A stretch of DNA of 64,000 nt from Octopus vulgaris (GCA_951406725.2 OX597828.1:28148001-28212000), one strand, 5' to 3'; positions 37,381 through 49,680 are shown, counted from the first letter of the stretch. Numbers and translations are program-made. Notes: generated from the letters alone by a model not told the origin.

Positions 37381-38227
37381 CGAGGTCTGATTAATAAGTA
37401 TCCAGACTGTTACCATAGTAACAAAACTAAAGCATGCAGAGTGAAGCTGCTTGACACAGATTCACCTTGAACTCTATTGTGCATCTGCACTAAGCTTTAA
37501 TGTTCTAGCTCCTTCCACTGTTTACGGCAGTGCTTGGAAGGAAGGTGTGTAGCATGTAATCATCACATCACATTCATCATGGCAAAGTTGTCATGGTGAT
37601 ACCTGCTCAGAGGCCCATGCAAAGTTGCAGAAACTGTATGGAGAAGAGGGTATGGGCTGCACACAAGTGTATGAGTGGTTCAGATATTTCCAAGATGGCT
37701 GAAAAATGTCGATATTGACGAACATTCTGGGAGACCTGCAACCAGCAGAACTGAGAAAAACATTGCAGATGTGCATGCAGCTGTGAGAGGAAATCATTAA
37801 ATCTCCATCCATGAGTTATCAGAGAATATGCAAATAAGTTACGGTTCAGTTCAGTCCATTATCTCTGGATATTTGAGCATGAGATGTGAGTCTGCCAAGT
37901 TTGTGCCAAAAAAGACTCTGGTTTCAGATCTCCTTGATTGTGTCAAGAACAATGAAAACTTTTTGAAAACTTTGTGTAGGCCTCTGAGCAGGTATCACCA
38001 AGCTTTTGGCAAATTTTGATAATGATTCTCTACTCAACTTTCTCTGTCATGGTCAATGCGACAATCACACTCTACACACCTTCCTTCCAAGCACTGCTGT
38101 AAACAGCGGAAGTGAAGTCAGGATGTTAAAACTTAGTGCACATGCATGGCAGAATTCAAGGTCAATCTGTACCAAGCAGCTTCACTCTGCTATGGCAACA
38201 ATCCGGATATTTATTGATCAGACCACA
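37381..38227 (+). mobile_element. Mariner-derived foldback element with about 250-bp inverted arms
   Basis: TA|cgaggtctgattaataagtatcc ... ggatatttattgatcagacc. Arms 37381-37626 and 37968-38227 are inverted copies. The interior encodes only the HTH region (GDTCSEAHAKLQKLYGEE...VYEWF..F.DG...HSGRP...SAKFVPK). Confidence 0.85.
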
Positions 38228-38261
38228 CACACATATATATATATATATGTATATATATATA

Positions 38262-38616
38262 CATGTCAAGGTCACCAGCCCCTATCCACATGTCAAGGTC
38301 ACCAGCCCCTATCCACATGCACACACATGCTCTCACATACACACGCACATGCACCTTCGTTTTGGGATCACCACTACTTTATTATCTCCCCTTCTTCCTA
38401 GCTCCCCTGTCTGACCACCTCTGTCCGGCCATTGCCATGATCAACCACTTGCTACTTTTTTTATTCTCTCTCTGTTTATTTTCTCATGTTCTTTTCTGTT
38501 GAAGAGCATAGGCTCAAAATGTAAAAGACTTTCTTACCTTCCCGAGCATTAAACTAATACACCTGTTTGTTCTTTACACACCTGTCTTTGTCTTTTGTTT
38601 TTTGTAAATTCCAACT
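38262..38616 (+). mobile_element. Longer family H1 element with decayed hammerhead
   Basis: 38491-38529: ctttt CTGTTGA a gagc-atag-gctc aAAAt GTA aaag. Downstream sequence matches 10070-10238, and the 5' end has a 27-bp tandem duplication. Confidence 0.6.
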
Positions 38617-38792
38617 ATACATACATGTGTGTGTGTGTATGTATAAAAATTAGTGTACATTTATGCACAAAGAGGGAAGCCATTACCAGGTTGCCTAACA
38701 TACTAGAAAAAAAAACAGTCAAAAAGTCCAAACCACAGTTAAGAGCAATTTTGAAGGGAATGAAAAATAAAAGCATTTACCATGTTTTACAG

Positions 38793-38859
38793 CCGGACCT
38801 CAGGTTTCGAATTTAATTAGCAAATAAAATAATTTGCAAGGCGAAGATCTCATCAGCGG
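38793..38859 (-). ncRNA. Type I hammerhead ribozyme motif inside an element spanning about 38645-38940
   Basis: Minus strand: ccg CTGATGA ga...gcaaat/atttgc...tc GAAAC c-tga-g GTC cgg. The core is intact with a GUC site, stem III is 3 bp, stem I is 3 bp, and stem II is irregular. Confidence 0.65.
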
Positions 38860-39257
38860 ATACGCCAAAACATTAACATATAAATTAGAAACCAAATAAC
38901 ACATCTCCTCCTTATATATTGTAATTTTTCAAATCCACTACGCATCATATGTACAAACACACATACGCATATATGTGTTTGTGCCCTTGCATTGACATTA
39001 TGTAATGTTCATAAATGAGCATCATTCATTTCCACTCTTCTGCAGAAAAAAAAAACGAGTCAAGCCATGGGGAAATATTGCTTTGCTTGGAAACAGGTTA
39101 TAGTTGGTGACAGGAAGGGCATCCAGCTATAGAAAATTTGTGTCATTGAAACGTTTGACTCACACAAGCATTGACAATTGGATGTTGAAATAACAACAAT
39201 GATCTGTCTGTTTATCTATCTATCTATATATATGTATATATATATATATATATATAT

Positions 39258-39536
39258 AGCCTCACCTGGCCCCCGTGCCGGTGGCACGTAAAAAGCACCA
39301 TCCATCCGTGGCCGTTTGCCAGCTCCGTCTGGCACCTGTGCGGGTGGCATGTAAAAAGCACCCACTACACTCACGGAGTGGTTGGCGTTAGGAAGGGCAT
39401 CCAGCCGTAGAAACACTGCCAGATCAGACTGGGCCTGATGCAGCCTTCTGGCTTCACAGACCCCAGTTGAACCGTCCAACCCATGCTAGCATGGAAAGCG
39501 GATGCTAAATGATGATGATGATGATGATGATGATGA
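39258..39536 (+). mobile_element. Family R RTE 3'UTR-like fragment
   Basis: Two repeat units, conserved body and (GAT)n tail, within (TA)n. Confidence 0.8.
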
Positions 39537-39540
39537 TATA

Positions 39541-40092
<552 letters not shown>

Positions 40093-40130
40093 CACAGGCA
40101 TATATTTGTATACATAATATATTCATATAG

Positions 40131-40183
<53 letters not shown>

Positions 40184-40924
40184 ATTATATATATAGAGAG
40201 AGAGAGACAGAGAGAGAGATTGATTGATAGACAGACAGACAGATAGATGGATAGATGATGATAATATGAAGAATGGGAATGTTGACATTCTCTCCACTCT
40301 TCTGGTGAATGGTGTTGACATTCTTTGTTGAGGCTGTAACCAATCACTCTGCACTTTTGAAGACTTACCCCTCATGTGAGAGCAAAAAAAAATATATAAC
40401 CAAAATAATGACATCTTTTTATGTCAGCCATTTCTGATCCATCAGACGAAGAAAAAAATAAAGCAAAAAAAGTGCTGTTGATGCGCTTTTCCCTGGGGAC
40501 TTTTTGCACTTTGAACTGGGAACAGAAAACTAGTGTTCTAAGTCACAGTTATATTCTATGATCACTTGGAAATTATCATAATACCATGACACCTACTCAC
40601 AACAAGGAAAAAGTACAAAAAAATTAAGACTTTTTTTTTATCAATCTGAATAGTCATTGATTTTTTTTACTTTTCTTCCTATTGTTTTTTTTTCTTTCTT
40701 TTTATCTTCCACTAGAAGAAGACTTCAGCAGTTACACTATGCTCTCATGACTCATGTGTTTATGGGGTGCCATATTCTAACATTTTAACCCTTCTTTCCG
40801 CCATTTTATGATATTGCTTGGCAATATACTTCATTACCATGCTGTCATGTCGGCACTTACTTTTATTTATTTATTTCCTTGTTTGTTTCTGTATGATTCT
40901 TCATTCTTCCCCATCTATCTTTCT

Positions 40925-41110
<186 letters not shown>

Positions 41111-41544
41111 TTATGAGAGAGAGAGGAAAGGTTTATATATATATATACTTTCTCAAACTCTCTCTCTCAGTTTATCTCTCTCTTTCCCACTCTTGCTCCT
41201 GCCTTCTCTCTCTCTCTCTTTTTCCAATAAACAAATCAAATGCAATCAGAAACATTGTGCTTACCAAGAACAAACTCTTGCAAAATACCTCCTCTTAGCA
41301 TATTATCTGAAGAACCAACCATTATTTCCTTAGAACCTCTCTCTCTCTCCAGCATGCCATTCCCACTGTTCTGACTTTGCTGTCTCCCCAATCTAATTTT
41401 TCTTAACAATACAGGATGTTTTCAAACAACACACAATCTCCCCTCGAAAGCAATTCCAAAGGAAAGCAATAACTGGACCATTAACGTTTGGCAAAAGACT
41501 CATCACACTGAACACTGCTTATAAGTCATCCATGACTTTGCTTC

Positions 41545-41830
41545 ACTCTTCTCATCTCTTGGCTATCTTTTCTGCTCCTCTCCACTTAGATCCCTGCTTC
41601 TTAAGCTCTCACTCAGCATCCTCCCTCCAGATACTTTTGCAGGAGTATCCTCTCTTTCGCAACCACTCCCACCCCTCATGGGTTCCATATCAGGGTCTGA
41701 CGTGTAATACCAGGTGCTGGTTTCTTTAGAATGTGGCCTGCCCATCCCCCACTTACACTTTCGGATTTGTTCTTCCCTTAGCACCAACCACCCATTTCTG
41801 CCGTAGCTCTTCATCTCTTATCTTGTCCAA
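41545..41830 (-). pseudogene. RTE-clade LINE 3' relic
   Basis: A minus frame gives GHILKKPAPGITRQTLIWNP*G...ELKKQGSKWRGAEKIAKR, matching the RTE motif GH-LRK....TRQAL-WNP-G. Confidence 0.7.
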
Positions 41831-42034
41831 CACATCTTATGTGAAGAACATGCTTCAAATGATTATTGGTGAAAGTCACTATCTTCTGCAGTGTCTTTTT
41901 AGTTTCTTCTCCATGTCTCTGATTCGTAGAAACGGATGAACTTCGTGTTAAAGTTGAAGACATGCAATTTTTACAGGAATTCCATCTAGCTTATGCACTC
42001 AAATTGAAGACAATCAGAAGTGACATTTAACATA

Positions 42035-42370
42035 ATCATCATCATATATCCATTTTCCATGCTGGCATGGGTTGGACTGTTCGACTGGGGTCTGGGAAGC
42101 CAGGAGGCTGCACCAGGTCCCAATCTGATCTGGCAGTGTTTCTACAGCTGGATGCCCTTCCTAACACCAACCACTCTGAGAGTGTAGTGGGTGCTTTTTA
42201 CGTGCCACCAGCAGAGAAGCTGGCATCGACCACGATTGGATGGTGCTTTTTACGTGCCACCAGCATGGTAGCCAGTCAAAACGGCACTGGCATCGACCAT
42301 GTTCGGTGCTTTTTACATGCTACAGGCACAAGGCTCACAACTACAATTTCCAGTTGATTTGGTTTTGAGA
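42035..42370 (-). mobile_element. Family R RTE 3'UTR-like fragment
   Basis: Reverse-complement body with three diverged repeat units. Confidence 0.75.
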
Positions 42371-42481
42371 TTGCTGTTGATAACAAATCATTTTATCAAC
42401 TAACTGTGCAGCCAAGAGAAGTGAGCTACATTGGCAAACAGAACATCATCAGGGAGTGCAATGCGTCTCTGTTATTACATA

Positions 42482-42913
42482 CTAGCAGCATAGCCCGGCG
42501 TTGCCCGGGTATGTAAGAGCCCCTAGTAGGCAACGACTAATCCCAATCTAGTCCTTTCCCTCTAGGGAACGAAGGCGCATGTGTAGGTTGCAATGTCTTC
42601 TCTTCACTCGAATACTTCTGTGTATACGATGTTCCTAGCTGTCCCTTTGGGCGATAAAAAGGTCGAGTTGTGTCCCCTAGACAGAAAATGTGTTGCATAT
42701 AAAAAGCTTAGATTCTCGACCCCATGTCGAATTTATCGATTTTTTTCAGAACTGGGGAAAATTTTCAAAATTTTAGCTGCGTTAGTTTTGAATTACGACA
42801 TTGGGCTATGTGTGTGTCAAGTTTCATCAGAATCGGTTGAAAGCCGTGGTCAGAGTGAGGGTACAACCTGACAGACACACAGACAGACAAACTGCCGTTT
42901 ATATATAGAGAGA
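42482..42913 (-). mobile_element. Non-autonomous Helitron
   Basis: Minus strand begins TC(TCTATATAT) and ends CTAG, with the hairpin cccgggcaacgccggg about 8 nt upstream of CTAG. Inserted between A and T with no TSD; internal (CTGT)n. Confidence 0.9.
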
Positions 42914-43017
42914 TAATACTTTCCACCAATGATGCCTTCATTCATACTGATGCTCTACTGCTTCACAATCTGGAACACTTCACATCAATGAGTCTCATAT
43001 CATAGAATATTGACAAG

Positions 43018-43250
43018 GCGGTGAGCTGGCAGAAACGTGAGCACGCCGGGCGAAATGCTTAGCAGTATTTCATCTGCCGCTACTTTCTGAGTTCAAATTC
43101 TGCCGAGGTCGACTTTGCCTTTCATCCTTTCGGGGACGATTAAATAAGTACCAGTTACGCACTGGGGGGTCGATATAATCGACGTAATCCCTTTGTCTGT
43201 CCTTGTTTGTCCCCCTCTGTGTTTAGCCCCTTGTGGGCAATAAAGAAATA
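43018..43250 (+). mobile_element. Young full-length family B SINE with 14-bp TSD
   Basis: TSD agaatattgacaag at 43004-43017 and 43251-43264; CpG-rich and undecayed. Confidence 0.93.
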
Positions 43251-43684
43251 AGAATATTGACAAGACTTTGATTTACCTCTTCTCTCTTTGCTAGATATAC
43301 GCAAAAACCAGTTGATTTTCTAACTCTCTGATATTGTCCCTTGCTCCTTTTTTCTTCCATTCTTTTCAAGCTTTTACTGGCGCCACCCGTCCCCAATATT
43401 CAGAAACCACTGATTCAGCTGAAAAAAAACTATTTAGCAACATTCTTGATGGTTCCTGTTTTATTATTAAACTCTCCACCAATCTTCCTTGTTTTGGATG
43501 ATGTTGTTATTGGTATCAAATTCTAACTTGAATGAGAACAAAATTATTTGTGGCATTTCTTCCTACTTTTTATGTTCTGAGTTCAAATGTCTTAAGGTTT
43601 GACTTTGCCTTTCATCCCTTTGAGGTCAATGTACTTGACTTATTCCCTTGCCTGTAATTACTGGCCTTGTGTCAAATTTAGAAA

Positions 43685-44267
43685 GCAGGATTGGCTGTGT
43701 GGTAAGTAGCTTGCTAACCAAACACATGGTTCCGGGTTCAGTCCCACTGTGTGGCATCTTGGGTAAGTGTCTTCTGCTATAGCCCCGGGCCGACCAATGC
43801 CTTGTGAGTGGATTTGGTAGACGGAAACTGAAAGAAGCCTGTCGTATATATGTATATATATAGGCGCAGCAGTGGCTGTGTGGTAAGTAGCTTGCTAACC
43901 AACCACATGGTTCCGGGTTCAGTCCCACTGCGTGGCATCTTGGGCAAGTGTCTTCTGCTATAGCCCCGGGCCGACCAATGCCTTGTGAGTGGATTTGGTA
44001 GACGGAAACTGAAAGAAGCCTGTCGTATATATGTATATATATATGTGTGTGTGTGTGTCTGTGTTTGTCCCCCTAGCATTGCTTGACAACTGATGCTGGT
44101 GTGTTTACATCCCCGTCACTTAGCGGTTCGGCAAAAGAGACCGATAGAATAAGTACTAGGCTTACAAAGAATAAGTCCCGGGGTCGATTTGCTCAACTAA
44201 AGGCGGTGCTCCAGCATGGCCGCAGTTAAATGACTGAAACAAGTAAAAGAGTAAAAGAGTAAAGAGT
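43685..44267 (+). mobile_element. Family A SINE with duplicated 5' half
   Basis: The head module occurs twice (43685-43861 and 43862-44040) before one 3' body and an (aaagagt)n tail. Confidence 0.9.
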
Positions 44268-44552
44268 AATATTAAATTCTAACTTTGACATAGGCTCACA
44301 TGGTTTGAAAAGGAGCAGAGTTAACTGGGTCAACCCCTCTATATTGTTAGTATCACCAGTGTTTGTGTAATGGACCATGAGGAAAGAAAGTAAAATCTAC
44401 CTCAACTGATTTGAATGAATTTCACTCAGGGACATAACTAAATACAGGAAAACAATTTTGGGGAATCTCCTTGATTTTTCTCTTTATCCATCATTTTGTA
44501 GAAGCAGTGATGGTGCCTCAATGCCATCATTTAGCTTACTAAAACTCTTGTC

Positions 44553-44868
44553 TTCACTCGTGGAAGCGCCATCCAACCAAAATGCAAATATATGGGAAAC
44601 TACCACCTGTGTCATCTCTTGTGAAAGGTAGGAGAGTCCAGTTTGCTGGACATTGTTGTAGAGCTGAAAAAGGGGTAATTTCTGCTCTTCTCCTCTGGAA
44701 GCCATCTACTCGCAATACCAGAGGGCGCACACTCTCCTACCCTGATGTAATCTCCAGGGATACAGGCATCCAGCAACAGGACCTCCGTAATGCCATGATG
44801 GACCGTGAAGTCTGGCGTAGCATTGTAAATTCCATTGTCTCGACCACGGTCGAACAATGATGATGATG
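44553..44868 (+). pseudogene. RTE-X-like LINE 3' end with (TGA)n tail
   Basis: SWKRHPTKMQIYGKLPPVSSLVKGRRVQFAGHCCRAEKGVISALLLWKP...YPDVISRDTG...AMMDREVWRSIV, open to the stop and followed by tgatgatgatg. Confidence 0.88.
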
Positions 44869-45384
44869 GTTGCTTTGAGACTACTTGATTTTTAGGTTTG
44901 CTTCCATATTTCAAAGTCCTCCAGTTCTTTGAAACACTCAGCTATGAGACCTTGGCAATTGGTGCAAAGAATTTTCAGTAGACAGTTGGTCTTAAATTTC
45001 TTTGCTATTGCTTTAATAATTGATAAACAAATAAGAACTGAGAACTGAATCTCAATAGACGCTTTCTTAGACACTAAATCTCTGACAGTATCTCTGTATA
45101 TGGCTTCTAGGTCTCTCAAAAGTTATACATCTTTTTCTAATACACTGAGAAACCATCAGCTTACAGAACATGGTACCCTATCAAAGCCTATTCCAAGCTA
45201 ACAACTGCCAGGTGTAGTAGTTTGGCTTTACTAAGAACTCCTCTTGTAGTTTTCTACCAAGAAATGGGCATCAGTGGTACCTTGTTCTTGCAAAAACTTC
45301 AACTGAGGCTCATCTAACTTTCTAATTAATTGTGTTATTCCTAATTAGTTGTATTATTGATCTTCTTTCAATAGTAGTGATCTG

Positions 45385-45590
45385 ACAAAATCATCAGTGT
45401 GTTGAACAAACAACTTAGCAGCATTTCTTTTAGATCTCTATGCTCTGAGTTCAAATTCTGCCAAGGCTGGTTTCATTTTTCTTCCATTCAGAGTTGATAA
45501 AACAAGTACCTACTGAGCACTTAGGTTGATGCAACCATCTTACTTCCTCCCATAAAATTTGCTAACCTTGTACCAAAATTTGAAATCAGT
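45385..45590 (+). mobile_element. Family B SINE, old
   Basis: tctgagttcaaattctgccaagg...gttgataaaacaagtacc...ttgtaccaaaatttgaaa. Confidence 0.65.
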
Positions 45591-45709
45591 ATTAATCTTC
45601 TATTTTTTGAATTATTTTTATTAGTTTTAAAATCAGAATTAAACAGCCATTCTTCTGACTTATACTATGGCTGCAAAACGTGTGTGTGTGTCCGTGTGTG
45701 CATGCGTGC

Positions 45710-45755
<46 letters not shown>

Positions 45756-46420
45756 ATGTATGTATATTTCATTTCTTGTCAACATTCTTGGAACATTTTC
45801 TTCTCAATTTTTAGCTCAGATATTTCTACAATATTCCAAAGTAAAATTCTTGTCTTCACTAAAATGTAATATATTCATCAACATTTGGATATTTTCTTAT
45901 ATAATATTTTACAGTCTAAAACCAAAGAAATATTTGCTTTTCCCTAACTTCAGAACCATCACCCTTTCATGTCATTCTTTATTAATTATCAAAAGAACTC
46001 CTTTATATTTCCTTCAGGGTACCCTGTTCCTTACCCTTGAAGTTTTCAAAACCATTCTTTATAGTTCTTCTAGATCCCTTTCTTTCCTTTTCTCTCTCTC
46101 TCTCTCTTTTTTATGTTGGAAGCTAAAAGAATCCCAGAATTTTGTATATTTCTTTCATTACAAAGAAAACTTTCATAAACAGCATTTTCTTTCTACAGCA
46201 TTTTCTTTTCAAGAATAACCATATTTTTTGCTGCGACACAATTTTTTTTTACTATTCTGAATCTCAGCAAGATAAAGGTATCTAATGCATTATTGGCAAC
46301 ACCTTGATTGTAATTGTACAACAAATTATTTATGACGTTATTTATTACATTTTCATTTATGTCTTCTCTGCGTTATTATATGCCTCTCTTTCACACTCTA
46401 TCTTTCATTCTCTCTTTGTA

Positions 46421-46458
<38 letters not shown>

Positions 46459-46460
<2 letters not shown>

Positions 46461-46672
46461 TGGAGTAAGCACATAAATGTGAAACAAGGTGGTATAAAAC
46501 AGTACTCAAATACAAGAGGTAGAGTAATATGCTTTATTTAAAAAGAGGTAGAAATATCTCAAAAGCTGTTACTCAGAGTTTCACATTCCCATTCATCAGA
46601 CTGATGAATGGGAATGTGAAACTCTGAGTAACAGTCTTTGTGATATTTCTGCTGCTTTTAAATAAAGTATAT
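46459..46672. mobile_element. Penelope-like palindromic element with back-to-back hammerhead cores
   Basis: Perfect 34-bp arms 46566-46599/46601-46634 around one nucleotide, imperfect out to 46527-46672. Each arm reads CTGATGA atg-ggaa-tgt GAAAC tctga GTA acag. Flanked by (TA)n. Confidence 0.75.
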
Positions 46673-46829
46673 ATATATATGCACACACACATACATATAT
46701 ATGCTTATATATATATGCACACACACATACATATATATGCTTATACATATATACACATTCATATATGTACGTATATATATATATATATACATACATACAC
46801 ACATTCACATATTTACTTATATATTTACT

Positions 46830-46960
46830 TATACACAGGTGTCTCAAAATTAAGGCAACCACCTTTTTTTCAATTTTGCTAAAGCAAAATGCCTTTATTA
46901 TTTGAATAACTTGATTCCATTGCATCCTGGAAATTATGAATGGCTTGTGGTAACCCACTT
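46830..46960 (+). mobile_element. Tc1/mariner terminal fragment
   Basis: ta|cacaggtgtctcaaaattaaggcaacc TIR-style start, truncated by the following SINE. Confidence 0.4.
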
Positions 46961-47370
46961 TCTTACCAACTACATGGTTCCGGGTTCAGTCTCACTGCGT
47001 GGAACCTTGGGCATCTGTCTTCTACTATAGCCTTGGGCTGACCAAAGCCTTGTGAGTGGATTTGGTAGATAGAAACTGGAAGAAGCCCGTTGTATGTATG
47101 TATATATATACATATATATGTGTGTGTGTGTGTGTGTGTGTATGTTTGCCTGTCATATATATATAAATATGTATGTATGTTTGTCTCCCACCAACATCGC
47201 TTGACAACCAATGTTGGTGTGTTTACATACCTGTAACTTAGCAGTTCAGCAAAAGAGTATGATAGAATAAGTACTAGGCTTACAAAGAATAAGCCCTGGT
47301 GTCAATTTGCTCGACTAAAGGTGGTGCTCCAGCATGACTGTAGTCAAATGACTGAAACACATCAAAGAAT
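46961..47370 (+). mobile_element. Family A SINE, slightly 5'-truncated
   Basis: cttaccaactacatggttccgggttcagtc through ccagcatgactgtagtcaaatgactgaaac. Confidence 0.85.
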
Positions 47371-47572
47371 ATAGTAAATCTTGTGTGTACAAATAGATGT
47401 ATGACCGTTAGTGTTAATTTTGGAGCTTCCCATAGGTTACCATGTTCCAGCCTGCTTCTGGTATAAGTAATTAAGCAACTACTTTACTTAGCAGTATTAC
47501 TAATTATGAAGTTCCGGGCAAATGCTGGTGAAATTATAATAAATGCATGTTTATATTATTAATTCTTAAGTA

Positions 47573-48506
47573 CGTCTGAACATGGCCGATGCCAGTGCTG
47601 CCTTGACTGGCTTCTGTGCCGGTGGCACATGACCTGCTGTGCTTGAGGAGACCTATTGAGTCAAGTACATGAACATCAAAATAAATATCAAATGGAAATT
47701 GTAGTTGTGATACCTGTGCCGGTGGCATGTAAAAAGCACCATCCGAACATGGCCGAGTCCAGCGCCGCCTTGACTGGCTTCTGTGCCGGTGGCACGTAAA
47801 AAGCACCATCCGAATGTGGCTGATGCCAGTGCCGCCTTGACTGGCTTCTGTGCCGGTGGCACATAAAAAGCACCATCCGAACGTGGCCGATGCCAGCGCC
47901 GCCTTGACTGGCTTCTGTGCCGGTGGCACATAAAAAGCACCATCCGAACGTGGCCGATGCCAGCGCCGCCTTGACTGGCTTCTGTGCCGGTGGCACGTAA
48001 AAAGCACCATCCGAATGTGGCCGATGCCAGTGCCGCCTTGACTGGCTTCTGTGCCGGTGGCACATAAAAAGCACCATCCGAACGTGGCCGATGCCAGTGC
48101 CGCCTTGACTGGCTTCTGTGCCGGTGGCACATAAAAAGCACCATCCGAACGTGGCCGATGCCAGTGCCGCCTTGACTGGCTTCTGTGCCGGTGGCACATA
48201 AAAAGCACCATCCGAACGTGGCCGATGCCAGCGCCGCCTTGACTGGCTTCTGTGCCGGTGGTACGTAAAAAGCACCAACCGATCGTGGCCACTGCCAGCC
48301 TCCCCTGGCACCTGTGCCAGTGGCACGTAAAAAGCACCCACTACACTCACAGAGTGGTTGGCATTAGGAAGGGCATCTAGCTGTAGAAACACTGCCAGAT
48401 CAGACTGGAGCCTGGTGCAGCCTCCTGGCTTCCCAGACCCCATTCAAACCGTCCAAACCGTGCTAGCACGGAAAACAGACATTAAACGATGATGATGATG
48501 ATGATG
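47573..48506 (+). mobile_element. Family R element with expanded internal minisatellite
   Basis: 5' segment tgctgtgcttgaggagacc (AVLEET, like an RTE ORF end), then the repeat array, conserved body and (GAT)n tail. Confidence 0.8.
47714..48338 (+). repeat. 67-bp tandem minisatellite, about 9 units
   Basis: The unit ggcttctgtgccggtggcac(a/g)taaaaagcaccatccgaacgtggccgatgccag(c/t)gccgccttgact starts at 47776, 47843, 47910, 47977, 48044, 48111, 48178 and 48245, with partial units at both ends. Confidence 0.95.
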
Positions 48507-48980
48507 TTTCACCCTTGTAGTTGCTTGGAAGCCTGCATTGGATGCTCCGAGTACATTTGTATTCTTCACCAGGACAGATTATCAGGGAAACACTTCATTG
48601 CATTCATTCACAGAGAACTAATGGTAAGAGTTGGGGAGATGGGGAGGCATTTCTCACTTTATTCTCTGTCTTGTCTGCCTCTCTTTCACTCTCTCTCTCT
48701 CTCTCTGTTGTTTCTTAGTCCACCTTTTTTCTTTCCCTGCCAGTTACTTTCCTTCTATTTCCTTATCAAAATACATATAAAATACCTTACCATCAACCCA
48801 ACTCTTGACATCAGTTCTCTGTAGCTTAATGCAATAAAATGTTCCCTGATGAGCCATTCTGGCTAAGCTTCCAAATGCACTTGGAACATCCAGTGCAGGG
48901 TTCCAAACAACCATAGTGAAATGTATGCATGGACTAATAATATAAACTTTGCAATTTATCACACACACACACACACACAC

Positions 48981-49170
48981 AAGTGAGTGGACAAATAAAA
49001 GAAAGAGGCTCTCAGTTTATTTTGGTAAGAGTCATGTATGTTATTTAATAACAGCCTCATAGGCTTATAGAATGAACCTATTTCATCAGGTTGTCTCTAG
49101 ATGCCAGATGAGATAGGCTTGTTCTATGGGCCAATGAAACTTGTAGTTGCATGGAGCTGAGTCAAGCTGT
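48981..49170. mobile_element. Old Penelope-like element with decayed inverted hammerhead pair
   Basis: Arms 49057-49090 and 49104-49137 are inverted (26/34 identical) and their consensus rebuilds a full hammerhead. Starts agtgagtggacaaat like the 10308 element. Confidence 0.55.
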
Positions 49171-49338
49171 CATTAATACATGCACACACTGTTGACAGTG
49201 ACTTCGAAGTTGCAGCCAGCTTTGCCTTCAACTCTATTCTTGTAAAAGAATGATAAATATGTAATCTGTAGAATCTATTGACCAATTCTCCAGTTTAATG
49301 TCAAATTGTTTTCATTATAACTCAACATACAAACAAGC

Positions 49339-49373
<35 letters not shown>

Positions 49374-49448
49374 ATAGATAGATAGATAGGTAGGTAGATA
49401 GATATATAGATATATATATATATATATATGTGTGTGTATATATATATA

Positions 49449-49680
49449 TTTCTTTACTGCCCACAAGGGGCTAAACATAGAGGGGACAAACAAGGACAGA
49501 CAAAGGGATTAATTCGATTACATCAACCCCAGTGCGTAACTGGTACTTTATTTATCGACCCCGAAAGGATGAAAGGCAAAGTCGACCTCGGCAGAATTTC
49601 AACTCAGAATGTAACGGCAGATGAAATACGGCTACGCATTTCGCCCGGCGTGCTAACATTTCTGCCAGCTCACTGCCTTC
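49449..49680 (-). mobile_element. Young full-length family B SINE
   Basis: Close reverse complement of 43018-43250. Confidence 0.9.

Noticed and set aside
44892-45330. Possible LINE ORF1/endonuclease junction (LKILCTNCQGL)
   Set aside because: A single short motif with no further endonuclease motifs; too weak to call.
47714-48338. CRISPR-like array of palindromic repeats
   Set aside because: Units are contiguous near-identical 67-mers with no unique spacers, there are no cas genes, and the array lies inside a eukaryotic retroposon.
47534-48443. Long ORFs of 163-267 aa on the minus strand
   Set aside because: They arise from the 67-bp repeat lacking stops on that strand, which leaves all three frames open.
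48839-48889. atgttcc CTGATGA gcca-ttc-tggc ... ggaacat, hammerhead-like
   Set aside because: Stems I and II pair, but GAAA is replaced by TAAG and no stem III or cleavage triplet fits; at best a heavily decayed motif.
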